Positions 27,401 to 40,300 of a stretch of DNA of 64,000 nt are shown here, piece by piece. The stretch spans positions 49,104,001 through 49,168,000 of the forward strand of contig OZ024746.1 in the NCBI GenBank assembly GCA_964016885.1. Reading direction: 5' to 3'. The translations under genes were made by a program, and so were the position numbers. This DNA is from Eledone cirrhosa (lineage: Eukaryota). Below the pieces are notes generated by a model. It ran no database searches and was not told the DNA's origin. It worked only from the letters and a program-made list of their open reading frames with translations. How positions within the stretch are numbered: the stretch's first letter is position 1; each line of letters starts with the position of its first letter.

Positions 27401-28440
27401 AAATTTCAGAAGTCCCATTTACTGCTGAAATGGAAAACACAGAAAAAGCAAAGCAGGTAAAAGTAACTGCAAAGAAAGAACTGCTACAGAAACTGGCAGA
27501 AAAGAAATGGCAAGAAAAGCCTCTGTATGGAAAATAGCCAGAACGAGCTAACAATCCTGATGTTGACAAAACTTTAACCCATCAGTGGTTGGCATCCTCT
27601 GGACTGAAATCGGAGACTGAAGGATTGATTATATCAGCACAAGATCAGTGTCTGCCAACAAAAAAGTACCAAGCCAACATAATAAAAAATGGATGCAGCC
27701 CATTATGCCGTGTATGCAAAAAGCAACCAGAGACCATTGACCATATAATTTCAATGTGCAGTCCTATAGCTCCAATCGAATGCCTAAACAGGCATGACAG
27801 AGCTGCACAATACATACATTGGATAATGTGTAAGCATTTTGACCTGCCCCATCAAAAGAATTGGTGGGAGCATCAACCATCTCCTATACTTGAAAAAGAT
27901 CACATCTCAATCTTGTGGAACTTTAGCATCCAAACAGACCGAAAAATAGATGCAAATAGACCTGATATAATATTGAAGGACTTTAAAAAGAGGGTATGCC
28001 TGCTAATTGATATGTCCGTTCCAATAGACAAGAATGTAACTATAAAAACATTTGAAAAATTGAACAAGTATAAGGACCTGGAGATAGAAATTGGAAAAAT
28101 GTGGAAATTGAGAACTAAAACAATACCAGTGGTTGTAGGCGCTCTGGGATGATACCTAAGGGGTCTAATGATTACTTATCGCAAATCTCAGGAAATCCGC
28201 GTATAGGAGAAATACAAAAGATAGTACTAATGGGAACTGCCCATATACTAAGGAAGATTCTGTCAATATAAGTACATCACAAGTCTAAACACTAAAGATG
28301 CATGTGTGAGTGTGTATGTTCTTTCTTGAACATGGCGGACCTTGTTGTCTCTTGAGGTCACTGGTTGTGACTTGGTGATAACTCGTATGAACATAAAGCA
28401 AGATAAATGCAACTGGAATAATAATAATAATAATAATTAT
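24450..28440 (+). mobile_element. Near full-length R4/Dong-type non-LTR retrotransposon (family A) with (TAA)n tail
   Basis: GC-rich 5' region, single long decayed ORF, 3' UTR ending in (AAT)n at ~28417. Confidence 0.88.
24613..28271 (+). pseudogene. Decayed RT + CCHC + restriction-like endonuclease ORF
   Basis: Pieces 24613-25017, 25172-25939, 25984-27537, 27589-28152: NYRPITCL, WIDYKKAFDS, GIFQGDSLSP, HLFYMDDLK, CRVC..ETIDHIISMC, NRPDI..IDMSVP..KY; frameshifts and a premature TAG at 27535-27537. Confidence 0.92.
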
Positions 28441-28459
28441 TATTATTATTATTATTATT

Positions 28460-29163
28460 ATCAGCATAGAGGAAAACAACCTACACAAATACGTGACTGA
28501 TAGTAAGGAGCCAATACTCAGAACTGTACTGAAGGAGACTGTGGCCCACATTGTATCCGAGTGTAAACACCTAGCCCAGACTCACTATAAGGGCTGGAGA
28601 CATGATGTGATGGGCAGGGTGATCCACTGGCACCTATGCAAAGTAAACAATTTACCACATTCTGAGAAATGGTATGAGCATAAGCCAGAGTCGGTTATAG
28701 AAAACGATCAGGTGAAGGTGCTGTGGGATTTTAGGATACAGACGGACAAGAAACTGGAACACAATAGACCTGACCTGGTGGTTGTGGACAAAGAAAAAAG
28801 ATCGTGCCTGATTGTGGATGTGGCCTGCCCATTCGACGCGAGAGTGCAAGAGAAGGAGAGGGAGAAAATTAACCGATACCAGCACTTAAAGTGGTAGGTA
28901 AAAAGGATTTGGAACTGCCATGATGTCAAAGTGATCCCGATTGTCATAGGCACCCTCGGGACTATCTCAAAAGGTTTCCAGGGATGGTTAAAGAAAATTG
29001 GCCCCTTCACGCTTTTTGGAACGCTTCAAAAGGCATGCTTGCTGGGAACTGCAAGAACCCTCCGATACGTCCTGAATATCTGAGGCTGCAGGTAGTGGCT
29101 TGATATTCATTTCAACAAACTTTCCAGTTAACTAACATCAATGACTGAGACTCGAAGAACAAC

Positions 29164-29222
<59 letters not shown>

Positions 29223-29230
29223 TAATAATA
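28460..29230 (+). mobile_element. 3' fragment of R4/Dong family B with internal deletions and (TAA)n tail
   Basis: Closely matches 32678-33490 and continues to stop TGA 29081-29083, 3' UTR and (AAT)n at ~29165-29230. Confidence 0.9.
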
Positions 29231-29631
29231 GGGAAGAAAACGCACATGGTGGATATATATCGTTATGGAATCGCTCCCGTAAATTTTTGATTTTTACTTA
29301 TTTAAAACAACTGTGATAGAATAATTCTTATTACAAATGAAGTATAAGATTACAGTTTTAACGCTCAGCAAGCCATAACGCATTACTTTACGACATATGG
29401 CCCCAATATTTAATATTTAATTTTGGATCAGAAATGTTATATTCGAAAAGGAGGAAAATGGCAAAATGGCTAAATAGCTAAGTAGCTAAGCGGACAGAGA
29501 GGCAAATAATTTCACCACCAACACCACCACCGCCACCATCACAACTACCACGCCAAAAACTCTACTCAAGTTACCTTAACTTCTATTTCTACTTCAACTT
29601 CAACGCCATCACTACAGTACTACGATCACAT

Positions 29632-29772
29632 CACCACCACCACTGCCTCATTATCGCTACCGCCGCTATTCTCTCCCACTACCTCCTGCTAAGTACTACT
29701 AGCATATCACCACCACCACCACTGCCTCATTATCGCTACCGCCGCTATTCTCTCCCACTACCTCCTGCTAAG
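29632..29772. repeat. 62-bp direct duplication (offset 79)
   Basis: CACCACCACCACTGCCTCATTATCGCTACCGCCGCTATTCTCTCCCACTACCTCCTGCTAAG twice. Confidence 0.9.
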
Positions 29773-30176
29773 ACATGCATCCTAGTGTCCCCACTAAAAG
29801 AGGAAGCCAACGAAAGATATAAATAGACTGATTTGATGACCCGGTCAAAAAATAAAAAAAACAAAAATAAAAATCAAAACAGCACAGCAACAACGAAAAA
29901 CGTAAAGAAAAAAAAATGAAAAGAATAACAAACAGACAGACAGAGAAGGAAAAAAAAAAAAAAAACTAAGTCAGACATTCAAACATTACATTACAATGAA
30001 ACTTATGCTTATTCTTTTTTTTTTTTTTACCTATTTGTTTGTTTGTTTATTTATGTTCGTCTACAGCGTGATAGTGCCACACTAAAATCACCGGGGGTGA
30101 TGACATCACCGGAGGTGATGAAATCACCGGTGGTTATGTAACCATACATTCGCCAATCCTCGATAAGAGTGTTTAA

Positions 30177-33100
30177 ATGTCGAACCTAAACAGTTCGAAT
30201 AACGGTGAAGTGGAGACTGGAATGTCAAGTGACAGACTCTCACCCAGCAGGTGCTCCCTGGCTCAGCAGCAGGGACCTGGCTGTCAAACAAATACTGCTG
30301 GTGTCGGAGGAAGAAGAAGAAGTAAAGGGACCAGAACCAACTGGACGAAAGAATTGAATAGAACTGTTATGCAATGTTACCTGAAGAGTAACCCCAAGGA
30401 GAAAGGCTATAGGAAACGGATTCATAACTTCTGGAACGAGATTGGTCTATTTAAATTAGATGAACAAAAATTGGCCAGGCAGGCTCGGGTAATAAGAACT
30501 AATGGGTGGATAAGCGAGCTGGAACTGGAGGAACTGAGCAGAGAGATTAGGTTGGAAATGGAGAGTGCAGTATGCCAGTCAAACGAGCCAGTGGGAAATG
30601 AAGGTGAAGAGGTTGAGAGAACGGAGGAACCATTCGAAGCAGACAATGATCTGAATGCTGAGATAAATAATACCTGGGACAAAGATACGGCCATTGAGGA
30701 GATGAATGCTGACGGGCAAGGACAAGATTTTGTTGATATCCTAAACTTAGTGGTAGAGGAATTGAACAATGATAGTGGGAAACCTATGAACCTAAGATTT
30801 GTAGACAGGAAAAAGTTAAAAAAAACAACAGCTCAGGTAAACAAAGTCATCCCATACCTTGAGGCGAGGAGCCTTCACCAGTGCAACAATATCCTCAAAG
30901 TAACAGAAAATGCGGTGAGGAAATTACTTGGCATAAAAGCGAGAGGAAACAACAAACAAGAAAGATCAGAACCTTGGTGGAAGAAACGACTGAATGGTCA
31001 AATCAGGGAAATGAGAAATGACATTGGAAAGCTTGAGTCCCTACTGAATGGGACACTAAAAAACATAGACACTAAAAATAGACTGGAAATAAAGTACAAA
31101 ACTAGGAGGAAAAAGCTAAATATTATCATAGAGGAACTGAAGCAACGCATTGTAGCAAAGAGTGCACAAATTAGGCGATACGAGAGCAGAGTCAGTATAG
31201 ACAGAACCGCATGTTTGACAACAACCAGAAGATGAAGGGAAAGAATGAAGCAACGACTTGATCCCTGAGGCGGAACAAACTAAGACATTCTGGAGAGGAA
31301 TCTGGGAGCAGGATGTTAAACATAATGACCAGGAAGAGTGGATTGAGACAGTACAAAAGGAGATTAGTGAACAGGCACACCAACAAACTGATTTGAGTAT
31401 CACAGTTGAAACTCTTAAGGGGCAGGCCAAAAAACTAACCAACTGGAAATCACCAGGCCCAGATGGTGTGCAGGGGTATTGGATTAAAAATATAACATCC
31501 TTCCACCCGAAACTGACAACCATGTTCAATGACTGCTTGATGTCAGGTGAGGTACCAGAGTGGTTGACAAAAAGTACCACAGTTGTGGTAATGAAAGACC
31601 GAATCAAGGGTAATGATGTTACCAACTATAGACCTATCACATGTCTGTCCGTAATGTGGAAACTGTTGACAAGCATTATGTTTGAAGAAATCTACCATCA
31701 CCTCCACACAAACAACTTGTTACCGGACGAACAGAAAGGATGCCGAAAGAAGTCCCGTGGTACAAAGGACCAGTTACTTATTGATAAGATGGTAATGAGG
31801 AATTGCAAGAGGAGACACACTGGTCTTGCCATGGGATGGATAGACTACAAAAAGGCATTTGACATGGTGCCTCATTCTTGGATCACCAAAAGCCTTGAGA
31901 TCTTCAAGGTGGCAGATAACATCAGACAGTTGTTGGGCAAAAGTATGAAGTCCTGGAAAACAGAGTGAACATCAGCTGGAGAATCCTTGGGAGGCGTGAA
32001 GATCAAGAGAGGTATCTTCCAGGTAGATAGTCTGTCCCCTCTGTTGTTTGTCCTTGCCCTGATGGCCCTGACCATTATACTGCGAAAGGTGAGAGCAGGA
32101 TACAAGTTGGGAGAGGGAGAGCTTACCATCAATCACCTCCTCTTCATGGACGATCTTAAGCTCTTCGGGAAGAGTGAGAAGGAGTTGGATGTGCTTTTTG
32201 ACACTGTCCGTATTTTCAGCAATGATATATGTATGCAATTTGGTATTAGTAAGTGTGGAGTCCTTGTGATGAAGAGGGGGTAAATTGAGCAGAAGCAACG
32301 GAATCCAGGTACCAACAGGTGAGATGATAAAGGAAATTGACACTGAAGAAGAATACAAGTATTTGGGTGTTCTGGAGGCTGATCACATCAAGAACAAAAA
32401 AATGAAGGAATTGATAAGATCTGAATACATTCGGAGAGTAAGTAGCATATTAAAGTCACATCTGAACAGTAGGAATGCCATAAGTGCAGTAAATTAGTAA
32501 ATTCCCGAGCTGTGTCTATTATTAGGTACAGTGCGGGAATTCTGAGATGGAATGTTGCTGAACAAAAAGAAATGGATAGGAAGACTAGGAAGCTATTGAC
32601 TATCTACAACATGTTCCACAAGAGAAGTGATGTCGATAGACTCTACTTGAGGAGATCTGAAGGTGGAAGAGGTCTTATCGGCATAGAGGACTGTGTTCAG
32701 ATGGAGAAAAACAACCTACACAAATAGGTGACCGATAGTAAGGAGCCAATGCTCAGAATTGTACTGAAGGAGAGGACAATAGACCAGGGGATGCCCAGGG
32801 AGGAAATAACAACTAGGAGAAAGAGCAGCCTTCAGGAAAAATCCCTTCATAGTACCTTCTTTGAGAAAACTGAATTCAGAGATCCACAGATATGGAACTG
32901 GTTGAAAAGAGGAGACCTTAAAAAGGCTACAGAAGGAATGCTAATGGCTGCGCAAGAGCAGGCCCTCAAAACGAAGTGGTTGAAACACCATATTGACAAG
33001 GAGAACGCTAGCCCACTGTGCAGGATCTGTGGAGAGAGAGAGGAGACTGTGGATCACATTGTATCCGAGTGTAAACACCTAGCCCAGACTCACTATAAGG

Positions 33101-33490
33101 GCTGGAGACATGATGTGATGGGCAGGGTGATCTACTGGCACCTATGCAAAGTAAACAATTTACCACATTCTGAGAAGTGGTATGCGCATAAGCCAGGGTC
33201 GGTGATAGAAAACGATCAGGTGAAGGTGCTGTGGGATTTTAGGATACAGACGGACAAGAAACTGGAACACAATAGACCTGACCTGGTGGTTTTGGACAAG
33301 GAAAAAAGATCGTGCCTGATTGTGGATGTGGCCTACCCATTCGACTCGAGAGTGCAAGAGAAGGAGAGGGAGAAAATTAACCGATACGAGGACTTAAAGT
33401 GGTAGGTAAAAAGGATTTGGAACTGCCATGAAGTCAAAGTGGTCCCGATTGGCACACTAGGTACTATCTCAAAAAGTTTCCAGGGATGGA
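30177..33490 (+). pseudogene. Decayed R4/Dong-type LINE ORF (family B), 3' end lost
   Basis: Pieces 30177-31235, 31258-31968, 31987-32283, 32285-32497, 32512-32727, 32728-33405: WKSPGPDG, NYRPITCL, HLLFMDDLK, CRIC..ETVDHIVSEC, NRPDLVV..VDVAYP; ends abruptly in (TAG)n/(CAG)n. Confidence 0.92.
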
Positions 33491-33500
33491 TGATTATTTT

Positions 33501-33620
33501 TAGTAGTAGTAGTAGTAGTAGTAGTAGCAGCAAAGCAGCAGCGGTAGCAGTAGTAGTAGTAGTAGTAGCAGCAGCAGCAGCACCAACAGCCGCCGCCGCA
33601 GCAGCAGCAGCAACAGCAAC

Positions 33621-33682
<62 letters not shown>
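33501..33682. repeat. (TAG)n/(CAG)n compound trinucleotide repeat
   Basis: Directly visible. Confidence 0.95.
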
Positions 33683-33683
<1 letters not shown>

Positions 33684-35409
33684 TTTATCTTTCCTTTCCA
33701 TCCATGATATTGAAATAGGAAATAATATTCTGATTCATGCGTTGGAAAAATTCTGTAATTTGAGGAATTATATGCAGAACAAGTGTTGGAAATCGTCTGA
33801 TATACAATAGATAAGATGTTGATGTTGTTGCGGATTAAAGGAATAATCAATATCCTAGAGGAAGAAGGAAAAGCCAGGAAGGACAAAGAAAGTATTGAAG
33901 GAGAGAACACACAAAATTTCATGATTAAATGAGAGTATTGGGTAATATATTGTATTCGGCTGCAAAGGCTCGAGTGCGATTTCACAAAGAATACAATCAC
34001 AAGAGATAGCAGTAGATAAAATTGAAAAAATGATAAGAGCACAAGCGAAAGTGAAGCTATATCTTAACGGTCTTTTGTTCAAAAATAAACTTAAAAGCGT
34101 AATGATTTCGTTTGAAAGCACTTTGTAAAATGTGTTTGATTTTTGTTGCCCAGTAGACAAGATATTTTACTGAAAATAAAACAAAATCGATTCTTACATC
34201 ACCCATAATCGATATGGTTGCTTGAAAGTTTTTCGCCTGGCTTCAACTCTCAATCACTGCACTATTCACAATGCCTATGCACAAATACATATTTTGCTGA
34301 TTGTATTGAATTTTGTGAATAGAACATTTTCTGCTATAAAAGAAAGTCCGTTGCCGAAAACAATATCAACTTACTAGAGTTTACAAAACGAAGGATATAG
34401 ATACATGAAGCATTGCTGTAAAGGTTTGTTAGTTCACACGAATTTAACTCAACATATATCATATGACGTAAACATTTTAGCTACGCGAATCGTAATTTAT
34501 GTTTAGCATATGAATACAACCGGAAACAGCTATGTAAATATCTTACAACATTTACATTATATTCACTGACACACGGAGACCTATTCATATTGTATACATC
34601 CTACCAAGATAGTAAGATATATTATAGATGTCTCGATTCTCATATAATACGATTCAAATTTGATGTATAATTACATTGCTGGAAGCACATTCTATGTAAT
34701 TCAATTGTACAATATATCAAAGATATAATGGTCATGCAAAAGGAAATAAACAGATAGACCTGTATTTTGATGGTGTACACATCGGCAATGATAACACGAG
34801 CATCCAGACATCAATTATTTAGTTTAAACCTCGAAATTCTTTTCAAATTCTGAAGATTTCCAGCATGGATCGATACATATGTTTAGATTATATATCCGAA
34901 AAGATGATAAGGAATTCACAATGGAAAATGAAAAGTAATGTCTCTCTTTTCTTTCATTCTGTCTTCATTTTCTTCGTGCCAGGATCCTGAGACAGAACGT
35001 GAGAGAGGAAAATATATATGTATTACTACCTCTAATTGTTACACTTTTTCACGTATAGAGAGAGAGTGAGGGGGAGACAGAGAGACAGAGAGAAAGGTTC
35101 CTAAGGGACCAGATTTAAATAAGATGCTCAATACATTATGTAGTAAACATACATAGTTTATTTCAGATAGAAATTACATATGTAGGGCTGAAATTATTTC
35201 ATTCGTTTAAAGTCCTAATGAGTTTAAACTAATGTAACTCTCCTAGTCATGCACAAGTCATTCCTGTCTGAAATAAATTACATATAAGTGTGTGTATGAA
35301 TGTATATATGTGCATATGGGCGTATATATATATATATATATATAAATATAAATATAAATATAAATATAAATACAAATATAAATACAAATATAAATATAAA
35401 TATAAATAT

Positions 35410-36205
35410 AAATATAAATTAGCGAGAATCGTTTTCAGCTCAGGAATTAACGAAAATCAACGTCCGATATGTGTGGCAAGCGCTCGATGAATCATATGAA
35501 TCAGAGCTACAACATACGTTAAGGGCCAAACACACTGAGATGATGGTTAAACATATCCGCACAGCCAAAACAAAACGACCAAGTAATTCGGGTCAAACAA
35601 TAAAAATATATGTGTTGATACTTTCCCGGACCCTGGACTGATGGTAAAATCCAGTATTGGTTTCTGCGACTCCAAATCAGGTACTGTCCGCCTACATAAA
35701 GAATGTTGGGCTTCTGGTGAGATGATGAACAAGGCAGTCGTGTTATCAACGGGTTTTGCTCCAAGATGCTATAGATAGTGTGGCTATTACTGACCCCTCG
35801 TGGGATTCAGCAAGGGATGTAACACCTCTATTAAGCGAATGATTCAGTTGTGTATTATTGCGAGAATGCAAAATATCACAAATCGAATAAAGCTCTCGAC
35901 AGAATGGTTAAATATAACAGAGCAATTCAACAGTCAATATAAGTAACTGAAAAAATCAATAAAATTAACTGCTCAATAGCTAGACTCTGGAGATTAATAC
36001 AAATATAAATTAGCGAGAAACGTTTTCAGCTCAGGAATTAACGAAAATCAACGTCCGATATGTGTGGCAAGCGCTCGATGAATCATATGAATCAGAGCTA
36101 CAACATACGTTAAGAGCCAAACACACTGAGATGATGGTTAAACATATCATCCGCACAGCCAAAACAAAACGACCAAGTAATTCGGGTCAAACAATAAAAA
36201 TATAT
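35410..36205. repeat. ~1.35 tandem copies of a 591-bp unit
   Basis: AGCGAG unit start at 35421 recurs at 36012; a third copy lies at 11628-12111. Confidence 0.9.
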
Positions 36206-37002
36206 ATACGCCCATATGCACATATATACATTCATACACATTTTTCATATATATATATGTTTTCATATATATATATATATATGAAAACAGGGAGAAAGAG
36301 ACGATTATTAGGAAGAAAAATATATTTGTTTCCCTTTTTATTTATTTCTCTCTTTTTTTCTGGGTTAGAAAATGATTAAATTATATATATGAAAATATTC
36401 AGGTCCCCGAGGGCTGAGCTCCGGCAGTTCGATAGCTAGATTCGAACTCAATTTGCATATATATATGTGTGTATGTGTGTGTGTGTGACTGTGTGTGCGT
36501 GTGTGTGTGTGTGTGTGTGTGCAAATGTGCGTGCGCCTGTTTGTGTATATATTTGTGTATTTGTATGGTTGTCTACATATCGTGTGCACGTTTCTGATGT
36601 TTCTGAGGTCTATCTTCCTTTTAACTGGATATATCCATCATGTATAAGTTCTTATTTGAGTCACAGCCCACACCTTATTGGGTCTTGTTAGGTCTTGTAT
36701 TGATATTAATATATATCCTATAAGTTATCTACATATACCAACTACATCATACCACCGTGCATAAAAAAAAACCTACATCCAATCAGATTCCTTTAATTTT
36801 ATCGGTAAAGTTCCACTAAGATGATTCACTAGAAGCTGACTGAAAGATCAATAAGGAAAAAATTACTCACAATAAAATCAGAACTGACCATTGAACGTGT
36901 TGAATGGATTTTTCATGCAAATATCACGACTGCCGTCCATAACATCAAAGTCTGGATGACACACTGCGCCTAACTGATTAACAATTATAATGTATTGATA
37001 AT

Positions 37003-37336
37003 AATTGTTTCTACTTTAGGCACAAGGCCAGCAAATACCCAGTGCATTACTGGTACTTTATTTTATCGACCCCGTAAGGATGAAAGGCAAAGTCAACCTC
37101 GGCGGGATTTGAACTCAGATCGTAAAGGGACGTATTGATAATAATTGTTTCTATTTTAGGCACAAAGCCAGCAATTTGAAAGGGAGGGTAAAGACGATTA
37201 AATCGACCCCAGTGCATTACTGGTGCTTTATTTATTCAACCCGTAATGATGAAAGGAAAAGCAAACCTCGGCGGGATTTGAACTCAGAACGTAAAGAGTA
37301 ATAACTTTATGCCGCGAAGCATCGTGTCCAATCCAC
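37003..37336 (-). mobile_element. Two tandem SINEs: 5'-truncated young copy (37003-37133) inserted at the tail of an older subfamily copy (37143-37336)
   Basis: GTATTGATAATAATTGTTTCTA repeated at 36992-37013 and 37132-37153; the second copy has an extra TTGAAAGGGAGGG..GATTAAATCGACC segment. Confidence 0.85.
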
Positions 37337-37339
37337 CAC

Positions 37340-40300
37340 TCTTTTCTCCCTACCCTACTTACTCTCCCTTTCTCTCTGCTCTCCTTTTCTCCTTACACTG
37401 CCTGCTCACTTTCCCTCTGCTTCTTTATTCTCCTTTTCTCCTTGCTCTCCTTTTCTCCTTACTCTCCTTTAGCTTTACTTTCCTTTTCTCCTTGCTCTAT
37501 TTTCTCCTTGCTCTCCTTTCTCCGTTCTCTCCTTTCTGCTTGCTCTCCTTTCCCCTTGCTCTCCTTTCTCCTTACTCTCCTTTCTCCTTGCTCTCCTTTC
37601 TCATTACTCTCCTTTTATCCTCGCTCTTCTTTTCTCATTGCTCTCATTTCTCCGTGCTCTCCTTTCTCCTTGCTCTCATTTCTCCTTGTTCTCATTTCTC
37701 ATTACTCTCCTTTCTGCTTACTCTGCTTTCCCCTTGCTCTCGTTTCTCCTTGCTCTCCTTTCTCCTTGCTCTCCTTTTATCCTCGCTCTTCTTTTCTCAT
37801 TGCTCTCCTTTTCTCCTTGCTCTCCTTTCTGATTACTCTCCTTTCTTCTTGCTCTCCTTTCTCCTTGCTCTCCTTTCTCCTTGCTCTCCTTTCTCATTAC
37901 TCTCCTTTTCTCCTTCCTCTCCTTTTCTCATTGCTCTCCTTTTCTCATTGCTCTCCTTTCTCCGTTCTCTCCTTTCTGCTTGCTCTCCTTTCTCCTTGCT
38001 CTCCTTTCTCCTTGCTCTCCTTTCTCATTACTCTCCTTTCTGCTTACACTGCTTTCCCCTTGCTCTCCTTTCTCCTTACTCTCCTTTCTCCTTGCTCTCC
38101 TTTCTCATTACTCTCCTTTTATCCTCGCTCTTCTTTTCTCATTGCTCTCATTTCTCCGTGCTCTCCTTTATCCTTGCTCTCCTTTCTCCTTGTTCTCATT
38201 TCTCATTACTCTCCTTTCTGCTTACTCTGCTTTCCCCTTGCTCTGCTTTCTCCTTGCTCTCCTTTCTCCTTGCTCTCCTTTCTCCTTGCTCTCCTTTTAT
38301 CCTCGCTCTTCTTTTCTCATTGCTCTCCTTTTCTCCTTGCTCTCCTTTCTCATTAATCTCCTTTCTTCTTGCTCTCCTTTCTCCTTGCTCTCCTTTCTCC
38401 TTGCTCTCCTTTCTCATTACTCTCCTTTTCTCCTTTCTCTCCTTTTCTCATTGCTATCCCTTTCTCATTGCTCTCCTTTCTCCGTGCTCTCCTTTCTCCT
38501 CGCTCTCATTTCTCTCCTTGCTCTCCTTTCTCCTTGCTCTCCTTTTATCCTCGCTCTTCTTTTCTCATTGCTCTCCTTTTCTCCTTGCTCTCCTTTCTCA
38601 TTAATCTCCTTTCTTCTTGCTCTCCTTTCTCCTTGCTCTCCTTTCTCATTACTCTCCTTTTCTCCTTCCTCTCCTTTTCTCATTGCTCTCCTTTTCTCAT
38701 TGCTCTCCTTTCTCCGTTCTCTCCTTTCTGCTTGCTCTCCTTTCTCCTTGCTCTCCTTTCTCCTTGCTCTCCTTTCTCATTACTCTCCTTTCTGCTTACA
38801 CTGCTTTCCCCTTGCTCTCCTCTCTCCTTACTCTCCTTTCTCCTTGCTCTCCTTTCTCATTACTCTCCCTTTATCCTCGCTCTTCTTTTCTCATTGCTCT
38901 CATTTCTCCGTGCTCTCCTTTATCCTTGCTCTCCTTTCTCCTTGTTCTCATTTCTCATTACTCTCCTTTCTGCTTACTCTGCTTTCCCCTTGCTCTGCTT
39001 TCTCCTTGCTCTCCTTTCTCCTTGCTCTCCTTTCTCCTTGCTCTCCTTTTATCCTCGCTCTTCTTTTCTCATTGCTCTCCTTTTCTCCTTGCTCTCCTTT
39101 CTCATTAATCTCCTTTCTTCTTGCTCTCCTTTCTCCTTGCTCTCCTTTCTCCTTGCTCTCCTTTCTCATTACTCTCCTTTTCTCCTTTCTCTCCTTTTCT
39201 CATTGCTATCCTTTTCTCATTGCTCTCCTTTCTCCGTGCTCTCCTTTCTCCTCGCTCTCATTTCTCTCCTTGCTCTCCTTTCTCCTTGCTCTCCTTTTAT
39301 CCTCGCTCTTCTTTTCTCATTGCTCTCCTTTTCTCCTTGCTCTCCTTTCTCATTAATCTCCTTTCTTCTTGCTCTCCTTTCTCCTTGCTCTCCTTTCTCC
39401 TTGCTCTCCTTTCTCATTACTCTCCTTTTCTCCTTCCTCTCCTTTTCTCATTGCTATCCTTTTCTCATTGCTCTCCTTTCTCCGTGCTCTCCTTTCTCCT
39501 TGCTCTCATTTCTCTCCTTGCTCTCCTTTCTCCTTGCTCTCCTTTCCTCATTGCTCTCCTTTCAACTTACTATCCTTTTCTCCTTGCTCTCTTTTTCCCC
39601 CTTGGTCTCCTTTCTCTTTGCTCTCCTTTCTCCTTACTCTCCTTTTCTCCTTACGCTCCTTTTCTCCTTGCTCTCCTTTCTCTCCTTTCTCCTTGCTCTC
39701 CTTTCTCATTACTCTCCTTTTATCCTCGTTCTTCTTTTCTCATTGCTCTCCTTTCTCCTTGCTCTCCTTTCTCCTTGCTCTCCTTTCCTCATTGCTCTCC
39801 TTTCAACTTACTATCCTTTTCTCCTTGCTCTCTTTTCCCCCTTTCTCCCCTTTCTCTTTGCTCTCCTTTTTCCTTACTCTCCTTTTCTCCTTACGCTCTT
39901 TTCTCCTTGCTCTCCTTACTCCTTGCTATCCTTTCTCATTACTCTCCTTTTATCCTCGTTCTTCTTTTCTCATTGCTCTCCTTTCTGCGTGCTCTCCTTT
40001 CTCCTTGCTCTCCTTTCTCCTTGTTCTCATTTCTCATTACTCTCCTTTCTGCTTACTCTGCTTTCCCCTTGCTCTCCTTTCTCCTTGCTCTCCTTTCTCC
40101 TTGCTCTACTTTCTCATTACTCTCCTTTTATCCTGACTCTTCTTTTCTCATTGCTCTCCTTTCTCCGTGCTCTCCTTTCTCATTACTCTCCTTTTCTCCT
40201 TGCTCTCCTTTTCTCCTTACTCTCCTTTCTCATTACTCTCCTTTCTTCTTGCTCTCCTTTTTCCTTGCTCTCCTCTCTCATTACTCTCCTTTTCTTCTTC

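Noticed and set aside
28330-29230. R4/Dong LINEs as the partner of the SINE
   Set aside because: No shared 3' sequence seen; LINE tails are (AAT)n on the sense strand whereas the SINE ends in ATT repeats.
30085-30140. Resemblance of ATCACC-N3-GGTGAT to phage lambda operators
   Set aside because: Short dyad similarity in an animal LINE leader; no phage context.
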